Source: the human T2T-CHM13v2.0 reference genome, Homo sapiens. From it: 64,000 nucleotides of DNA. The position numbers and the translations under genes are program-made. Location of the stretch: the NCBI RefSeq assembly GCF_009914755.1, contig NC_060938.1; one strand, given 5' to 3'. Numbering within the stretch: position 1 is the stretch's first letter; each line of letters starts with the position of its first letter. The notes beneath the pieces were generated by a model that searched no databases, was not told where the DNA came from, and was given only the letters and a program-made list of their open reading frames with translations. Below are positions 1-15,909 of this stretch, in pieces.

Positions 1-51
1 AAAAAAAAATGAAGAAATGAACTGTGTAAATAAAGTCTTTAAAGTCAAAAC

Positions 52-546
52 TGTTAAAAGACCAAAGGATAATTTGATCATTGAGTAGGAAGTGGTTGTC
101 TGACCAAATCAAATTCATATGTAAATTGGTGATTGTAAATCAGGAGACCTATCAATGTCAAATAAAATATGTAGAGAAAAATCTCTAAATTTAACATTTT
201 ACTTGGGATATACGAATCATAATTCAGGGCATACACACAGACCAGGTGGTCTTCGGTATGTCCAAAGAACAAAGAGGAAGTTGGAAGTTTTATAAAAAGG
301 AGAGCTCTGATTGGTGAGTGACGATGTTGGGTAAAACCACTCTTAAGGTTGTAGTAGGTTGTTTCAGAAGTCATTAGGTAAAATTGTTTCAGGTTACAGC
401 ATGCAGTTTTAGCAGCCAGGCTTGAAGAAAATTACACTCTTGGAGCAATGTTAAGTGCCATGAATGCTTTCCCCCGCTGGCTTCTCAACTCTTTTTTATT
501 TGAGTATGACTAGACTTGAGTCTCCAACTCATATGATCAATTTTCA
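52..546 (-). mobile_element. Possible old ERV1 (MER4-group, MER31/MER67-like) solo LTR
   Basis: Starts TGTTAAAAG and ends TATGATCAATTTTCA; resembles recalled MER67-type ends; degraded. Confidence 0.35.
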
Positions 547-727
547 AAGATCCTTGAATTTTAAAAAGCAGAACTTTATTATAAATATGGACATCTATTC
601 ATGTAAATGACTTGACTACTTTTTGGGGGATTTAGATGTTACTATAATTTTACATTATATGAAGCCAATTAACTTAGTATCTTAGTCCATATAAACTCTA
701 GTTAATGTCCCTTCAGTTTCCATGAAG

Positions 728-915
728 TTAGTCAACAATCATTTTTGGAACATCTACCATATGTCAGGCTTCCAAACTCTAGATTCAAGGATTATAAAGA
801 TGTGCAATACATGATACTTGTTTTCACAGAATCTCAATCTTTCCGAGAAACTAAATGCATCTTATAATATACAATTTCAGAGTACTATACTGATAGAATA
901 TGCACAAAGGCTATT
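728..915 (-). mobile_element. L2 3'-end fragment
   Basis: TCAACAATCATTTTTGGAACATCTACCATATGTCAGGC resembles the reverse complement of the L2 3' terminus. Confidence 0.5.
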
Positions 916-2326
916 AAAGCGTTCCTCAAGACAGGACCAGCTTTCCCTGATGAATCCAGAAGTGCTCCATAGATTGTGTACACTTCCACAGCGCATGTTA
1001 GAATAACATAATAGTTCTTTTCCAGAAAACTAGGATTAAAATGCAACCATTTGAACTATTTGCATGAATTGCACTGTTTTAAAAATAAGCTAATCTTGGT
1101 TTAATAGTGAGTTCCTAATGAAGTTGAAGTGAAGGTAGAGCACCAGCGTTAGTGATTAAATGTTATCCAAACGTGTATTTAGGTACTATATCTCAATGGG
1201 ATCCTTTCCGCTCAAGTTTTTTAAATGCTTGTTCTTAATCCTATAGGAAGCTAGTAGTATTTCATTTGTAGCCGTAACACGGTTGCAGAATTCCAAAAGG
1301 ACTATTTTGTTCCATTTATTATAGTAAAAAAGAAATCCTTGCTGAATACAAAACATTGCTGTTTTGATTATGTGAACTGATTGTGTGTAATTTTGCCACT
1401 TCTTTTTATGTCATCATGTCCATTGAATCCCTTTTAAAGGAAAATCATTTTCTAGACTAAAATGTTATCATAAGAGCAGCTCTACTTTTGCTGACATGAT
1501 TTTGATTAGGAAATTTAGATCTTCACGCTATATGAATACATTAGAAGAGGATTACTCTGATCGAGACTTCACAAGAGAGCTAAAATATACCACAAATAAA
1601 TAATCAAGCATCTTGTATGAATTTAAAAATAAGTCATGTATCATAAAAGTAAAAATGGTCAGTTTAGGCTCAGAAAGAACACAGATAGGATTGCTAATTT
1701 GCAGCAGAGTGAATTCAATAACATGGGTTCTTAATTAGATGGCAGAAACAGTAAGGTGACAGGACTGAGAACAGGTAAATCATCCAGGAATAGCAATGCA
1801 CCGAGCGCAGAGCCAGCTGGTGTGGTGCTGCCTCAGTGTCAGAGATCTGTGCTGCATCCTGAAATGGGGACTGTTCAGACAGTCTGTTGCACAGCTGTTC
1901 TTACTCAGAAACAAACAGCCAGGTCTGTTAGTGGTATCACTCTGCAGGTACTATAATGACAGCAAAGTTTCTAGGAAGAACTGGATGTCTCAGGCAGATG
2001 AAAAAAAAAAAGAGCTTTATTAGAAACAGAAAAAAAAAAGAGGGATTTAAAAAATATATTCCTTTCTTTTCTTAATCTAGTGCATTATGTTATCAACTGA
2101 TTTATTTCATCAAAACTATATTCATATCATCAGATTTTAAGAACTTGGGCCAGGGAGAATCGGCAAAAATTTGTTGGCGCTATTTTTCATGTTGAATTTG
2201 ATGACACATGAATTCTAAGATTTTGTTTTCTAATTGAGATCATATCAATATGTGTAAATACATCGCTAAAAATTGTTTAAGAAGGAAAAGAAGGAAGGCC
2301 TTTAAAATACTTGTCTTTATTAATGC

Positions 2327-2965
2327 TTTTTACATTTTTAAATTTATTTTAATTGACACAAAATAATTGTACATATGTATGGAGTACAGTGTGATGTTTT
2401 GATATATACATACAATGTGTAACAATCAAATTAGGGTAATTAGCATATCTATCACAGACAATTATCATTTCTTCATGGGGAGAATATCTACAATCCTCTC
2501 TCCTAGCTATTTTGAAACATGCAACATATTACTACTAACTATAGTCAATCTACTGTGCAATGGAACACTAGAACTTATTTCTCCTATCTAACTGTAACTT
2601 AGTATCCATTGACCAATCACACATCCCACTCTTCCCACTGCCCCTCCCAGCTTCTAGTAACCACTATTCTCTTTCCTACTTCTATGAAGTCAACTTTTTA
2701 GATTCTACACATAGGTGAGATCATGCAGTATTTGTCTATATATAACTGACTTATTTCATTGAACATAATGTCCTCCAGGCTCATCCATGTAGCTGCAAAT
2801 GACAAGATTTCATCCTTTTTTGTGACTGAAAAGTATTAGGTTGATGCAAAAGTAATTGCAGTTTTTGCCATTACTCTCAGTGGCAAAAACCTCAATTACT
2901 TTTGCACCAACCCAGTATTTCATTGGGTAAATAAAACACATTTTCATTATCCATTCATCTGTTAC
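2327..2965 (-). mobile_element. L1MA-type 3' end, interrupted by MADE1
   Basis: AATTGACACAAAATAATTGTACATATGTATGGAGTACAGTGTGATGTTTTGATATAT...GTGAGATCATGCAGTATTTGTC is typical antisense L1MA 3' UTR. Confidence 0.85.
2836..2915. mobile_element. MADE1 (Hsmar1-derived 80-bp MITE)
   Basis: TTAGGTTGATGCAAAAGTAATTGCAGTTTTTGCCA...TGGCAAAAACCTCAATTACTTTTGCACCAACCCAG; long terminal inverted repeats; TA duplicated at 2834-2835 and 2916-2917. Confidence 0.95.
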
Positions 2966-3939
2966 TGCACACTTATTTATGGTCTTAAATAATATTTTAT
3001 TTGTTGAGACTCTCCCCCAATAAAAATAAACAATCAGAAAATTCACTAAAATGAGAGATAAAATGTTTAAATAGGTTCAATAGATAGAAAATCAGTACAC
3101 ATGATATAATTAACCAGAAGAAAGCATTCTTTGGTCAACAGCGAAGAAAATTACTTTGGGAAATGGTACTCAGATCCAGTTGCTAAGACCACACTACCTC
3201 ACAAAGAAGTGAGAAACCCCTGGAAGCTGCTGTTGAGTCTTGAGGGGATTGGACAGTGGAAGTTGAACACTGCTTCCACGTGCTCCTGAACTAAAAATGG
3301 GGTCTGGACAGTCCAACAGAGGTAGCCACAAATCCAAGACACTTGCTATGTCCCTTCCCATTGATAGTTTTGGCTTCAGTTTGTCTGGTTTTGCTTTTTG
3401 TTTAGTTTCTGTGTTTGTGGGAGGAGGGAGCTGCTTGCTTGTTTGTCTGCTTGTGTGTTTGTTGTGTATAAAAAAAGAAGCACTTCAACTTGGTAAATTA
3501 TTGGCATTTCAGTTTCAGCAATTTTGTTTTAGAAAAACTATCTTGATGAAACAGAAGAAAATCGCCCCCTTTAGCACATGTCAAAAATAATCTTTTACTG
3601 AGTGTTTTCTATCAATGACTGATAACTCAATAATTTTTATGTAAGAACCAGCCAACCTCCATTAGGAAGTAAGAGCTGATTACTTTCTCAATTTCTTGCC
3701 TTGTTGAATTGGCAGAGGCTCAAAAGAGGATGTATCCTTAATGATATTTGCCCCCAAATAGTAAAGGGCAACAATCCATGAGAGAGATTCTAACTAAAGC
3801 CAATACAAACATGTAAAGTACTTTAAGTCTGCCTTCATGGTCCCATCAGCTTTATTTTTTAATCTTCTTATCCCTACTTATTATTAGTTTTCTATGTTGC
3901 AAATCTCCTAGATACTATCTATAACCATTTATTTAAAAA

Positions 3940-4260
3940 AGTAATAATTGCTGGCTAGATACTGAAAATATACAAATGGAAAAACCATTTTGCTTGCTTT
4001 CGAGGACCTAAAAAATCCAAATGGACAGACAATTATGTAAATAAGTAAGTGATAATACAATAAGCATGACAATGGGAAAATGAACATATTCAATGCAATA
4101 ATGAAGATATGAATTATGGTAGATTGGATGGTAAGCAATGGAATGGGAGAATAAATACTCTGTGAGTACAGAGGAGGGAAGAAGTCAAAGAAATCAATGG
4201 AAGAGACATTATTTACTGTTGACCTTAGGTGATGGGTCATAATTTGCTGCAAATGTAGAG
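3940..4260 (-). mobile_element. L2 fragment
   Basis: Degraded similarity to the antisense L2 3' region. Confidence 0.45.
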
Positions 4261-4504
4261 GAGGAATCACAGAGATGATTCCTTTGTCAGCACAGCAGTA
4301 AAAAAAAAAAAAAAATTAATTTGCATGCCTTTGTGGGAAAAGGACATATGCTCTCAATTCACATGATTCCTTTCTGTGCTTTACCAGACACCTACAAAAT
4401 ACTTAAATTTTCAACTCCCGGAATAGAATAAGCAAAGTCATGGCACTGGTAGAATAGACAGTGCCTATTCTAGGAGAGTGGCAAAACATGTTATTAATAA
4501 TAAT

Positions 4505-4725
4505 TAATAATAAATGCAAACACTTATGAGTCCTTAGCATGTACCACTTCTTCTAAGTACTTTACAAGTATTATTTCAACTAACCTTTATTACTAACCCA
4601 TGAAAAATAGGATTATTGTCATTATTTTAGAAGAGGAAACTGAGAGAGAAGAACATGGTATCTCACCCCACATCAAGTGGTAGAGTCAAGGTCTGAAGCC
4701 GGTGATTCCAGAGCATAAGCTCCCA
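4505..4725 (-). mobile_element. MIR
   Basis: CTAAGTACTTTACAAGTATTA...ATTTTAGAAGAGGAAACTGAG MIR core, antisense. Confidence 0.75.
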
Positions 4726-4779
4726 AACATGAGCACATACTGAAAAAAAAAAAAGACAGAATGAGGTCACTCCAATAAC

Positions 4780-5319
<540 letters not shown>

Positions 5320-6981
5320 AAGAAACTTTTTAGAAATAGAATTCACAGGCTTCCTTCCCATGCACTCTTACTCCTGCCTCCCTCCCAGCCAACAAGGACT
5401 AGATACTTTTGACTGCTGTCCCTCTCTCCTCTGAAACCTACAGGCTTATGTTGCTCCTCCTATGCCCCTCTAGTCTCAGACTTTTCCTAAATTGGTCTCT
5501 TTCAAAAGGAGAATTAACAAAAGTCGCTTTAATATACATTAACACATTCGTTAAACTGAAGGGGTCAACTTCAGCCTCAATTCCCTCTCTTGCTGGCAAG
5601 GCCCATGTGAGAGGTGAGTTTAAGGTAGAATAATTCTGAACTCTAATATAAAACAGAGTGGGAAATCTAAAGAATAGGTGAAATTTAATAGACTTCTGAA
5701 GGTGTACCGTGTAAACTAACCATCACTTACATACACTTATCTGCAGAGTCATAGTCTGAAGACATGAAATTTCAAAAATTAATTCTTAGTGGTAAGAAGA
5801 GGTCCTAGAATGATATATAAATTTGGTTCATTTAGCCTATTTTGTTTTTATTTTTGAAATATAATATATGTATGTATGAATGAATATGTCATTTTTATAT
5901 AAGTTATAAAAGATAAATATCATGAACATCTGTATTCATTACTCCAGCCCCATATTTTAAAAACAGAACATTATTTATTCACTATTATTTATTCATCCTT
6001 TTGTCTGGTTCCAAGCTAGGCAAACTAAACTGTCTGCACTCTACAACTAAGAAAACTTTGTATCTGGAAACTTTATAGATCTGCCAATGGTTTATTTGCA
6101 GAAAGGACCTAGGAACTTACTATAAAAGAACTCACCATCTTTTAGAGGTCAGTGAATTACCCAAGAGAGATCCACGGGTTTTAGGCCAGTATTTGAGAGA
6201 TATGTGCCAGATTGTCCAAGTTTTAGGACAAAAATCTAAAACACCTGCTAGAATGAAAGATTTCTAAGACACTAACAACACAGGATGGCATCGGCGGAAT
6301 AATCAATATTGGTACCTTAGAATCCACAAAAATGTAAAAACTGGCCAATGTAGCAGCACAGATGTCTTTCTGGTAAAAGTCAGGTTCACGGCCATCTGAA
6401 ATGTTAAACAGTGGCTTTACAGCAACTCTAGGTAAATTACAAAGCCTCCACAGAGGTCTCATCTGGAGCCGACATTCACCTTAAAAAAGATGAATCTCAC
6501 ATTCCCTAGGGAACTACTCATGTTTTTAAATGCACAGATTGGGACTCAGAGAACTGACTGTAATATGCCTCCACATGATGAGTCTTCCTCTCCAGGCAAT
6601 TCAAAGGAAATCCCTGATTTAATTATTTTTTAATTTTTTTTATTTTTAATATGTTTCCCCTATATATCCCATGACACAGACATTAATCCAAGATTTGTAG
6701 CAAATAGATTGCAGTTCTATCTGGAACAACAGAGAATTTGGAAACAGCTTAACTCCTTTTCCAAGGGCAGGTGCCTAGGTTTGGATATGTCAACCTAAAT
6801 GGAAAATTCTTCTCCACGTTTATGTATAAGGACATCTAGAAATCCTGTTATCTCTGAATCACTGAGAAAAAGTAAGATGAATTCAACTTAGATTTTTGTA
6901 ATGGTATAGGTCTTCAGCATCACACAGAGACATGAGATGGATCCCCACTACTTACTCTCATCCTTAAGAATGAATACTTTT

Positions 6982-7411
<430 letters not shown>

Positions 7412-7859
7412 TCAAATTCCATTAGCAACATTTTTACTGTCTGGAGATATCTTGAAACTCTGTCTCAGATACCAATACTGTTCAACCTAGAACCTCATTT
7501 ACACATGAAAAGAGATAACCAAGAATTGGCAGGCATTTGAGGAAAACCACCAGCAAGAGAGAAACTAAACTTAACACAGAAAAGTGCTAAACTCCACTGC
7601 AAATAAAACAGTGCTAATAGAGGAAACTGATAATGTTAAAATAATTAAAATAATGTCTCCAAGAGAAACACTGAAGGGGATATCACATCTATGTTTTAAA
7701 ATCAAGATAAGCTCCCTATTATACTATCATAAACAATTCTGAGACTGATATAAATAAGATAACAAAATACATAAATACTCCTTTTAAAAGGGGGGAAAAT
7801 AACTAAGTCTGCAAGGAATAGACTATTACTGTTTGTGTAAATTCCTAAAGACTATGAAA

Positions 7860-8260
7860 AACAAATTTCCAAACTCATCCTATGATATTTTGTGATCCTG
7901 ATATCAAAACTAAGAGTAATACATACAAAACAACCTCTAGACCTATACGATTTGTAAATGTTTTTAAACAAAATACCAGCACATATTTAAAAGCATTCTG
8001 CAAAATACTGGTACATCATGAAAAAGTAGCTTTTACTCCAAAAGTTCAAGGATACTTCAAACTTAAAAAAACTTATTAATGCGAAATTTATAAGTAGAAG
8101 GATAGAAGCCAAATGATCAGCCCAATGCATACAGAAATTTATTTCATAAAATTCCACATGCAATTCCGATTTTTTTAAAAAATGGGTAAGTTAGAAATAT
8201 AAGGAATCTTCTTCTAAATAATGGGTTGTTTATAAAACAGCTGTCAAAAAGATATGTAAT
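7860..8260 (+). mobile_element. Ancient L1 (L1M/L1ME) ORF2 fragment
   Basis: ORF 7882..8079 peptide HHEKVAFTPKVQGYFKLKK matches L1 ORF2 [19 protein letters not shown] seen in the young L1 of this window. Confidence 0.75.
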
Positions 8261-8903
8261 AGAAAAATTAGAGACAATTTCATGTCAGTCAGGATCCAGT
8301 CAGAAATGCTCATTATCACTGTTACAATGTAATAGTATTCTAGCCTGGCCAGCCTAGAAGAATAAACAAAATGTACAGATATTGGAAAGTTATAGAAAAA
8401 AAAATCAAGTGAAAAGTGATAAGAGTGGTGGACTTGAGATGCACAAAGGTTTATGTTATCTGTAGACATTTTTAAAACAAGAGCAGGGCCAGCTAAAACT
8501 CGGTCTGCTTTTATTATTCCCATTTGTCAGCAATTCTAAAACACTATCAATAATGAAATTCACAGAATTTGTTCTCAAAAAAGAAATTGACAGCATTATA
8601 ATTTCTGGAATTTCTCAAGAAATAGAATTTTTGTGAATCACTGACAATTTTACCCTTATATTTAAGACTTTTCATATTTATACATCTGTTGCTTCATGTG
8701 AAAAAAATTAATTAAAAGTAAGAAAAATGTTCTATCTACTGTGAGTAAAGATGGATTAATCTGGCTAGTAAAGATTAATTTTTCCAAAGTCCTTGAATAA
8801 TGTACAGAAGTTAAGATTTGAAAATAAAAATTATAAAGTTATTATTACTGAAACAGACCATTGTAAATATTAATTTCCCTTTTCAAAAAACACATTAGTA
8901 TAA

Positions 8904-9273
<370 letters not shown>

Positions 9274-9469
9274 TATTTTTAATATTAATTTTTAAGTAGC
9301 ATTATATAAATATGAAATTTAAATAAAGAGAATTACTAATCTATCTGCATTCCTTTTCTGGGGATTATTATTATTTGATTCCTTTCATGATTATTACTGA
9401 AAACAATTTTGTTACATAAAGGATGGAGTGCTCAAAAATGATCCATTCTAGATGTCACATCCATGAGGT

Positions 9470-9708
9470 ATGCCTTTGTGTCAACCTAGAAAATTTTAGG
9501 CTGTCAACAAAAAATCTCTTAAAAATTCTGAGAGAGGTTGGCAATGGTGGGACCATATTGACTTTCCTGTCCTCAGCAAACAATAAAACACTAAAATATC
9601 AAATTAAAAAATTAATACTACATAGGTACTAAACTATAAAACTTTAATAAAATGATATAAAATTTAATAAGTATTGGATGGAAAAGTTCAATATTTTAAA
9701 GTTCTCCA
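9470..9708 (+). mobile_element. Ancient L1 ORF2 fragment (continuation)
   Basis: NLENFRLSTKNLLKILREV resembles L1 ORF2 [19 protein letters not shown]; similarity resumes briefly at ~10318-10350 after the MLT2. Confidence 0.65.
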
Positions 9709-10317
9709 TGTATTAAGATTCTCCAGAAAAAAATAGGAGAATTCAGAACCAATAGGATATATGTGTATAGAGAAATCCCCTTTTATATACTAGAGGAATT
9801 GGCTCATGATTATGAACGCTGAGAAGTCCCATAATATGTGGTCTACAAGCTGGAGAACACAGGAAGCTGGTGGCATCACTCAGTCCATGTCTGAAGGTGT
9901 GTGAACCAGAGAAGCCAATACTGCAACTCTCAGTCCAAGGCTGAAGAGTTACAGTATTGGCCAAAAATCCTAGGGATTCTGGAGTCCAAAGGTGCAAGTG
10001 CTGGAATCTAAAGGTAGAAGAACCTGGAATTCTGATGTCCAAAGTCAGAAGAAGAAGAGTGCCGTAGCTTCAGAAAAGAGAGAGTGAGAGGGTTTGCCTT
10101 TCCTCTGTCTTTCTGTTCTATCTAGGCTCTCAACCAGTCGGATGAGATCTCACATTACGTGAGGGCAGATCTTTTCTACTCAATCCACTCAATCCACTGA
10201 TTCAGATACCAGTCTGTTCCAGAAACTGCCTCACAGACATGCCCAGAAATATTCCTTTATCAGTTATCAGGGTGTCCCTTAACCCAGCCAAATTGACATG
10301 TCAAGTCAACCATCACA
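9709..10317 (-). mobile_element. MLT2 (ERVL) solo LTR
   Basis: TGTATTAAGATTCTCCAG...GAACCAATAGGATAT...GGAATTGGCTCATGATTATG...AATTGACATGTCAAGTCAACCATCACA; TG...CA ends. Confidence 0.9.
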
Positions 10318-10588
10318 TCCCACCTCCAAATAACGATAAAGTCAGTGCAAAGATTCAGGCCAAAAGTCACAGAATTTGCAAGTGGAAATGACCTTAAAGA
10401 TCCAGTTGAATCTATTCAAATTACAGACAAGTCTAGCACAGTAAGGGCAGTACTATTTATGCCCACTCTGAGATAGAAGACAACCAGGTTAGAGCTTTGA
10501 TTTCCACATCAGTGTGATATGGAGGCTTTCATATTACAGAAACACCAAGATGTAACCTTCCTGGAGAATGAGGACAGCTGGACCAGCG

Positions 10589-10890
10589 TTTGGTTTTGTT
10601 CTGTTTTTGAGACAGAGTCTTGCTCTGTTACCCAGGCTGGAGTGCAGTGGTGCGATCTCTGCTCACTGCAACCTCTTTCTCCTGAGTTCAAGTGATTCTC
10701 ACACCTCAGCCGTCTGAGTAGCTGGGATTACAGGCGCCCACCACCACACCTAGCTAATTTTTGTGTTTTTAGTAGAGATAGGGTGTTGCTATGTTGGCCA
10801 GGCTGGTCTCGAACTCCTGACCTCAGGTGATCCCCTTGCCTCCATCTCCCAAAGTGCTAGGATTACAGGTGTGAGCCAACACGCCGGGCC
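10589..10890 (-). mobile_element. Alu (AluSx/Sz-like)
   Basis: Full dimer; degenerate TSD CAGCTGGACCA / CACCTGTACCA. Confidence 0.96.
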
Positions 10891-13035
10891 CACCTGTACC
10901 AATTTTATGAAACAATTTTGTCAGTTGCCCTACCATTGTGATTCTTGGCTTGAAACACTGATAAAATTACACAGGGACTACAATCAGAGGCACATTCATG
11001 AACACTCAAGACCTTGTTTTTCAGAGTCTCCAGAACCACTTGCAGGAAAATAACTCACTGATTAAGGACTTCTATGAAACAATATTATTTGAAACTTGTA
11101 TTGATCCTGACCTAAGGATCTCTAATTATTAATAACCGTTCTCTGGCAACACATATATGCATATAATAACCTCACTAAATTTTTAGCAAAAGAAATCATT
11201 TTTGAAGAAATACATTCTGTGGGTTGGGTAATCTCTCGTTAAATAAATTAAAATCTTAAAATTTCCTGTTCTTGGTTGTGGTAGTCATAATTACCTTCTG
11301 ACCACATTTACCAACAATTTAATTATAGGGTAAAAATTCACTGAAGGTTATATAAAAATGAATACTTTAATATCACAAGAAAATTGTAGAGAGACAAATT
11401 ATTAATTCACAGAGATTTTATAGATTAATGAGAACATTTTTGTAATGTATGCAGGAGATTTTGTATACATGCATTTTGCCCTGGAACCTCTTGTTTTATC
11501 CAAAGATCAGAGTTCCCATCTCAGTGTCTGAGGACTAGTGCCACCTTTCCCTTTCTCAAAGCCCACTTCTTGATGCTAAATTATTTCTGTAACTTATATT
11601 TCCTTTCTCTCATGGTGTTCACTGCAGCCCAGTGGCCAAATGTGGCAAGCCAGTAAACACCAGCTTCCCTATGAGTATACAGAAAATTTGGGGTATAAAG
11701 GTTTTAAAATAAGAAAAGAATTTAAAAGAAGGTAGGTTTCAGGAATAGTTAGTTCCAACTTTGAAGCTTCTTTCCTCTATTTACCATTAATATTCTGGGT
11801 TACCACTGGAGGCTTCTATTTCTAGCCAACCAGACTTTATTCCTTTGGGCCCTGCTTTCTTAAGCTGCCATGAATTTCATACCTGCTGATGGAGATGAAG
11901 CTCTTTGGGGGTATGATTTATGAAAACCTTCTCTGGTTTCATTTTGTTTCCCAAACTCATACTAAGGGCAGCTTTCTAAATTTTCAGTTTTCCATTTTTG
12001 AATGCCACAAAATTCTATTCTGCTTGCAAAACTTCTTTTCCTGTTTCTAAACTCATACTTATTTGGTATTTACTATGTTTTCCCCTTTTTTTCTCATCAG
12101 GTCCTGGCTATGGAGGAGGGTTCCATTCTTACCTGTTGCTCTACAATGTACAGCTGATGTTTTACAATAAAAACATGGAGTCATGCTAACTCCCACATGC
12201 CCTACCATTCACTCTCCCCAAGCCAGTAACAAAGCAGGCAACGCAGCTAATATAATATTTAGACTAACCGTGAAGAAAAAGATCTTTCTCCCTTCTGTAC
12301 TCTGAATAAATAAATTAGTCTGACCAAATGAAGAAATGTGGTGTAACATGATTTATTTGGGCCAGAGCTGACACTGGTAAGACAAAGCTTTCTTATCTGC
12401 TTACAGAAACTTAAGCAGAGGTCAACAGCCACATCCTCTGATTTGTAAGCCATTGCATGAACATTGTGGGGAAGAACTTGAACCCAGTTTTCAACAGGAT
12501 TCCAAACATATACTAATATGTCTTATAGACTAACGGGGGTGAAAACAGAGGCTAGACAACAGACAGAAACAATGAGTGCTCTAAGAAAAAAAGTATCCTG
12601 AGTAAGGCTCAACATTGGTGTTGCCAGGCAAATTCAGCACCACATCTATGGGATGGAGTTTCAGGTACAGAGCATTGGTACAGTAAAACTGAAAGCTCAG
12701 TGTTATTCTGGACCTAGTCTCACTAACATGAGACCACCAGCCTCACCAAAATCTGGACCTAGAAAGGAAGATGTTCCCCTGCTGGATGGAAAGTGACTGA
12801 GACTTTACTACCAAAGATCAGATATGTAGGGGCAGCTGGAAGCTGCCCTAAGTGGCCTCTGAGACACTTTGAAACATAGTAAATCAGGAGAGGTCCATCA
12901 TTACTATGCCAAAGTGAGAGAGACAGGAGGCAAGCTAAGAAATAAGGCACAGCTGGAGAAGAGAGAGGCAATAATACGGTTTGGCTCTGTGTCCCTACCC
13001 ACATCTCACCTTGAATTATAATAATCCCCACGTTT

Positions 13036-13436
<401 letters not shown>

Positions 13437-13622
13437 TCATGAGATCTGATGGTTTTACAAAGGGGAGTTCCCCTACACAAGCTCTCTTGCCTGCCACCAT
13501 GTAAGATGTTTCTTTGCTCTTCCTTTGCCTTCCACCATGATTGCAAGGCCTCCCCAGCCATGTGGAACTGTGAGTCCCTTAAACTTCTGTCCTTTAGAAA
13601 TTACCCAGTTTCAGGTATTTCC

Positions 13623-14001
13623 TTTTTTTTTTTAATACTTTAAGTTCTGGGGCACCTGTGCAGAACGTGCAGGTTTGTTACATAGGTATACATGTGCCAT
13701 GGTGGTTTGCTGCACCCATCAACCTGTCATCTATAGTAGGTATTTCTCCTAATGCTATCCCTCCCCCTGACCCCCACCCGCCAACAGGCCTCAGTGTGTG
13801 ATGTTCCCTTCCCTGTGTCCATGTGTTCTCATTGTTCAACTCCCACTTATGAGTGAGAATATGTGGTGTTTGGTTTTCTGTTCTTGTCTTAGTTTGATGA
13901 GAATGATGGTTTCCAGCTTCATCCATGTCTCAGCAAAGGACATGAACTCATCCTTTTTTATGGCTGCATAGTATTCCATGGTGTATATGTGCCACATTTT
14001 C
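13623..14001 (-). mobile_element. 5'-truncated L1PA (about L1PA6-8) 3' end inserted in THE1
   Basis: TTTAAGTTCTGGGG...CAGAACGTGCAGGTTTGTTACATAGGTATACATGTGCCATGGTGGTTTGCTGCACCCATCAAC. Confidence 0.92.
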
Positions 14002-15909
14002 TTAGCAGCATGAGAATGGGCTAATAGATGTGAAGGCAGAAACTGGGGATGAAATGCTGAGTCTTCTCACCTCCTTTGGAAGTGCCTACAAAGATCTCAC
14101 AAGAAAGAAGATGAGGAAGGACTGCTCTGCTTAGCAGTTGAACCATGGTGCCTGGGAACAAATAACTAAAGTGCTTTCACCTAGGACCCATTAGCTGTGG
14201 GATCTAGTGTAACAACAGACAGATAGAAACATCAAAGCAAAAACTGGGGGCAATGTAAACCCAGGGGGAAAGACATAAAAATGTTCTGAAAACATTTCTG
14301 AATGTTCTGAAAAATACATTTTTGTGAAGAAATAAACTATTTTTCAACAAATATGGGAATTCACAGTAACTAAATGAAGTCTTTTATTAGCAGGATGAGA
14401 AGTTTAAGGTGGAGAATTAACAGGGGTTGAAGGTGGGAATCAAGCAAATCCAACAATTAGAAATCCCTTTCCATTAAAAAACTAATATTAAAAATGCAAA
14501 TTACACCAGAGCTAAAGCTAATCACATTTCAACATACATTAATATATCCAAACTGATAGACTGACTGCGGAGAAGAGTCTGAAGTGTTAATTCTGGAGAA
14601 AGGAGTACTTCATTGAAGAAACTGGCAGCATACAGCTCCAGGGAAACATACAGTAAGTTCCCAGTTAACAGAGAGTAGGAGGCGACATGGTGCTCTGAGA
14701 AAGATCAAGAAATGTAGGGAGAGCATCTAAGACAAAATTCAGGTTCCCATGGACCACTGTGCCTGGATTCCTAGAGCAAATTGCTTGTATGTTATGAAAG
14801 ATCATTTTGATGCAGCAATTGACTTTCTGCTAAAGGTTGATAATGGCAAAGACTAGAGAAAGAATTACATTATACATAGAAAGCATGTATAAATAAATCA
14901 ATAAATCATTTTGCATAATAAATCAATAAACAATTTTTCATTGTTTTTCTTGTGGAACCCTTTCCCCACAAAGACTAGCAGCATTTTATCTTTTCCTTTT
15001 AGGTATTTATTAAAGAAATTCCATGTGAATTTAAATAAATCATATATAGCTATTAGTGAAGGAATTAATTCCCTTTAAATAAACTATTTGTTCTTTTTAA
15101 AGGAAAACAAAAGATAGAGATATAGATGTAGAAATTCCTAACTCAAAAAAATTAAGCCAATTTTTTTTTTTTTGGTTCATTAGTGTTCCTCTTTTGTCAG
15201 CTTTCAGTATCTTTACACCTTCCGTAATGCTCAATTCTATTCATGTACACTCTATTGTTCTCCTTGTTTCAACTACTGGCAAAATCACAAAACAGAAGAC
15301 AAAGGAAGTCATAATATTCTATCAGTTGAAATCGAAGGACCATGCATTTAGGAAAGATTCAAGTCTGCTTTTGCAAGATGATCCCAGAACACAAAAACAT
15401 GATGAATACATCAAAAATATTTCTCACATACTGCCTGCCATAAAAAAGATTGTTTGAATTAAACATCATTATTGCTCTGCTGTCAACATGTTAATTTAGA
15501 GAGATAAGCCACACACACGCCTGAGTTCTATCATGATCTATAAATTACTGGTATATTTGCTATTGCTATCTTTTTAATATTTAACATTTTCCAGAGCACA
15601 TTAACCGAGACCTTGGAACCTATTTTTGTCAGAGTTCGTTTTTCCTCAAATTGTTAGAGATGAATTCAGAGTGATCTTTTGAACCCCTCAAACATTTTAA
15701 AATTTATTGCTCATGCATGACAACATCTAGGACAAGGCTGTCGCTGAGATGGTATTTTGTCATATAAATGTAAACAAAACTAAGGAGTCTGCTTTTATTT
15801 CAAAGAGCTCATTGTGATTAAAAAAAAAGACCATCTTCATTTCATATAACTGTGTATTGATTTTTCAATAATTTGGAGTTAGCCTACCTGGTTTGTGGAT
15901 TATAAAAAT

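Noticed and set aside
14280-14940. Short tandem duplications (AATGTTCTGAAAA twice; AATAAATCAATAAA twice)
   Set aside because: Ordinary slippage duplications of two units each
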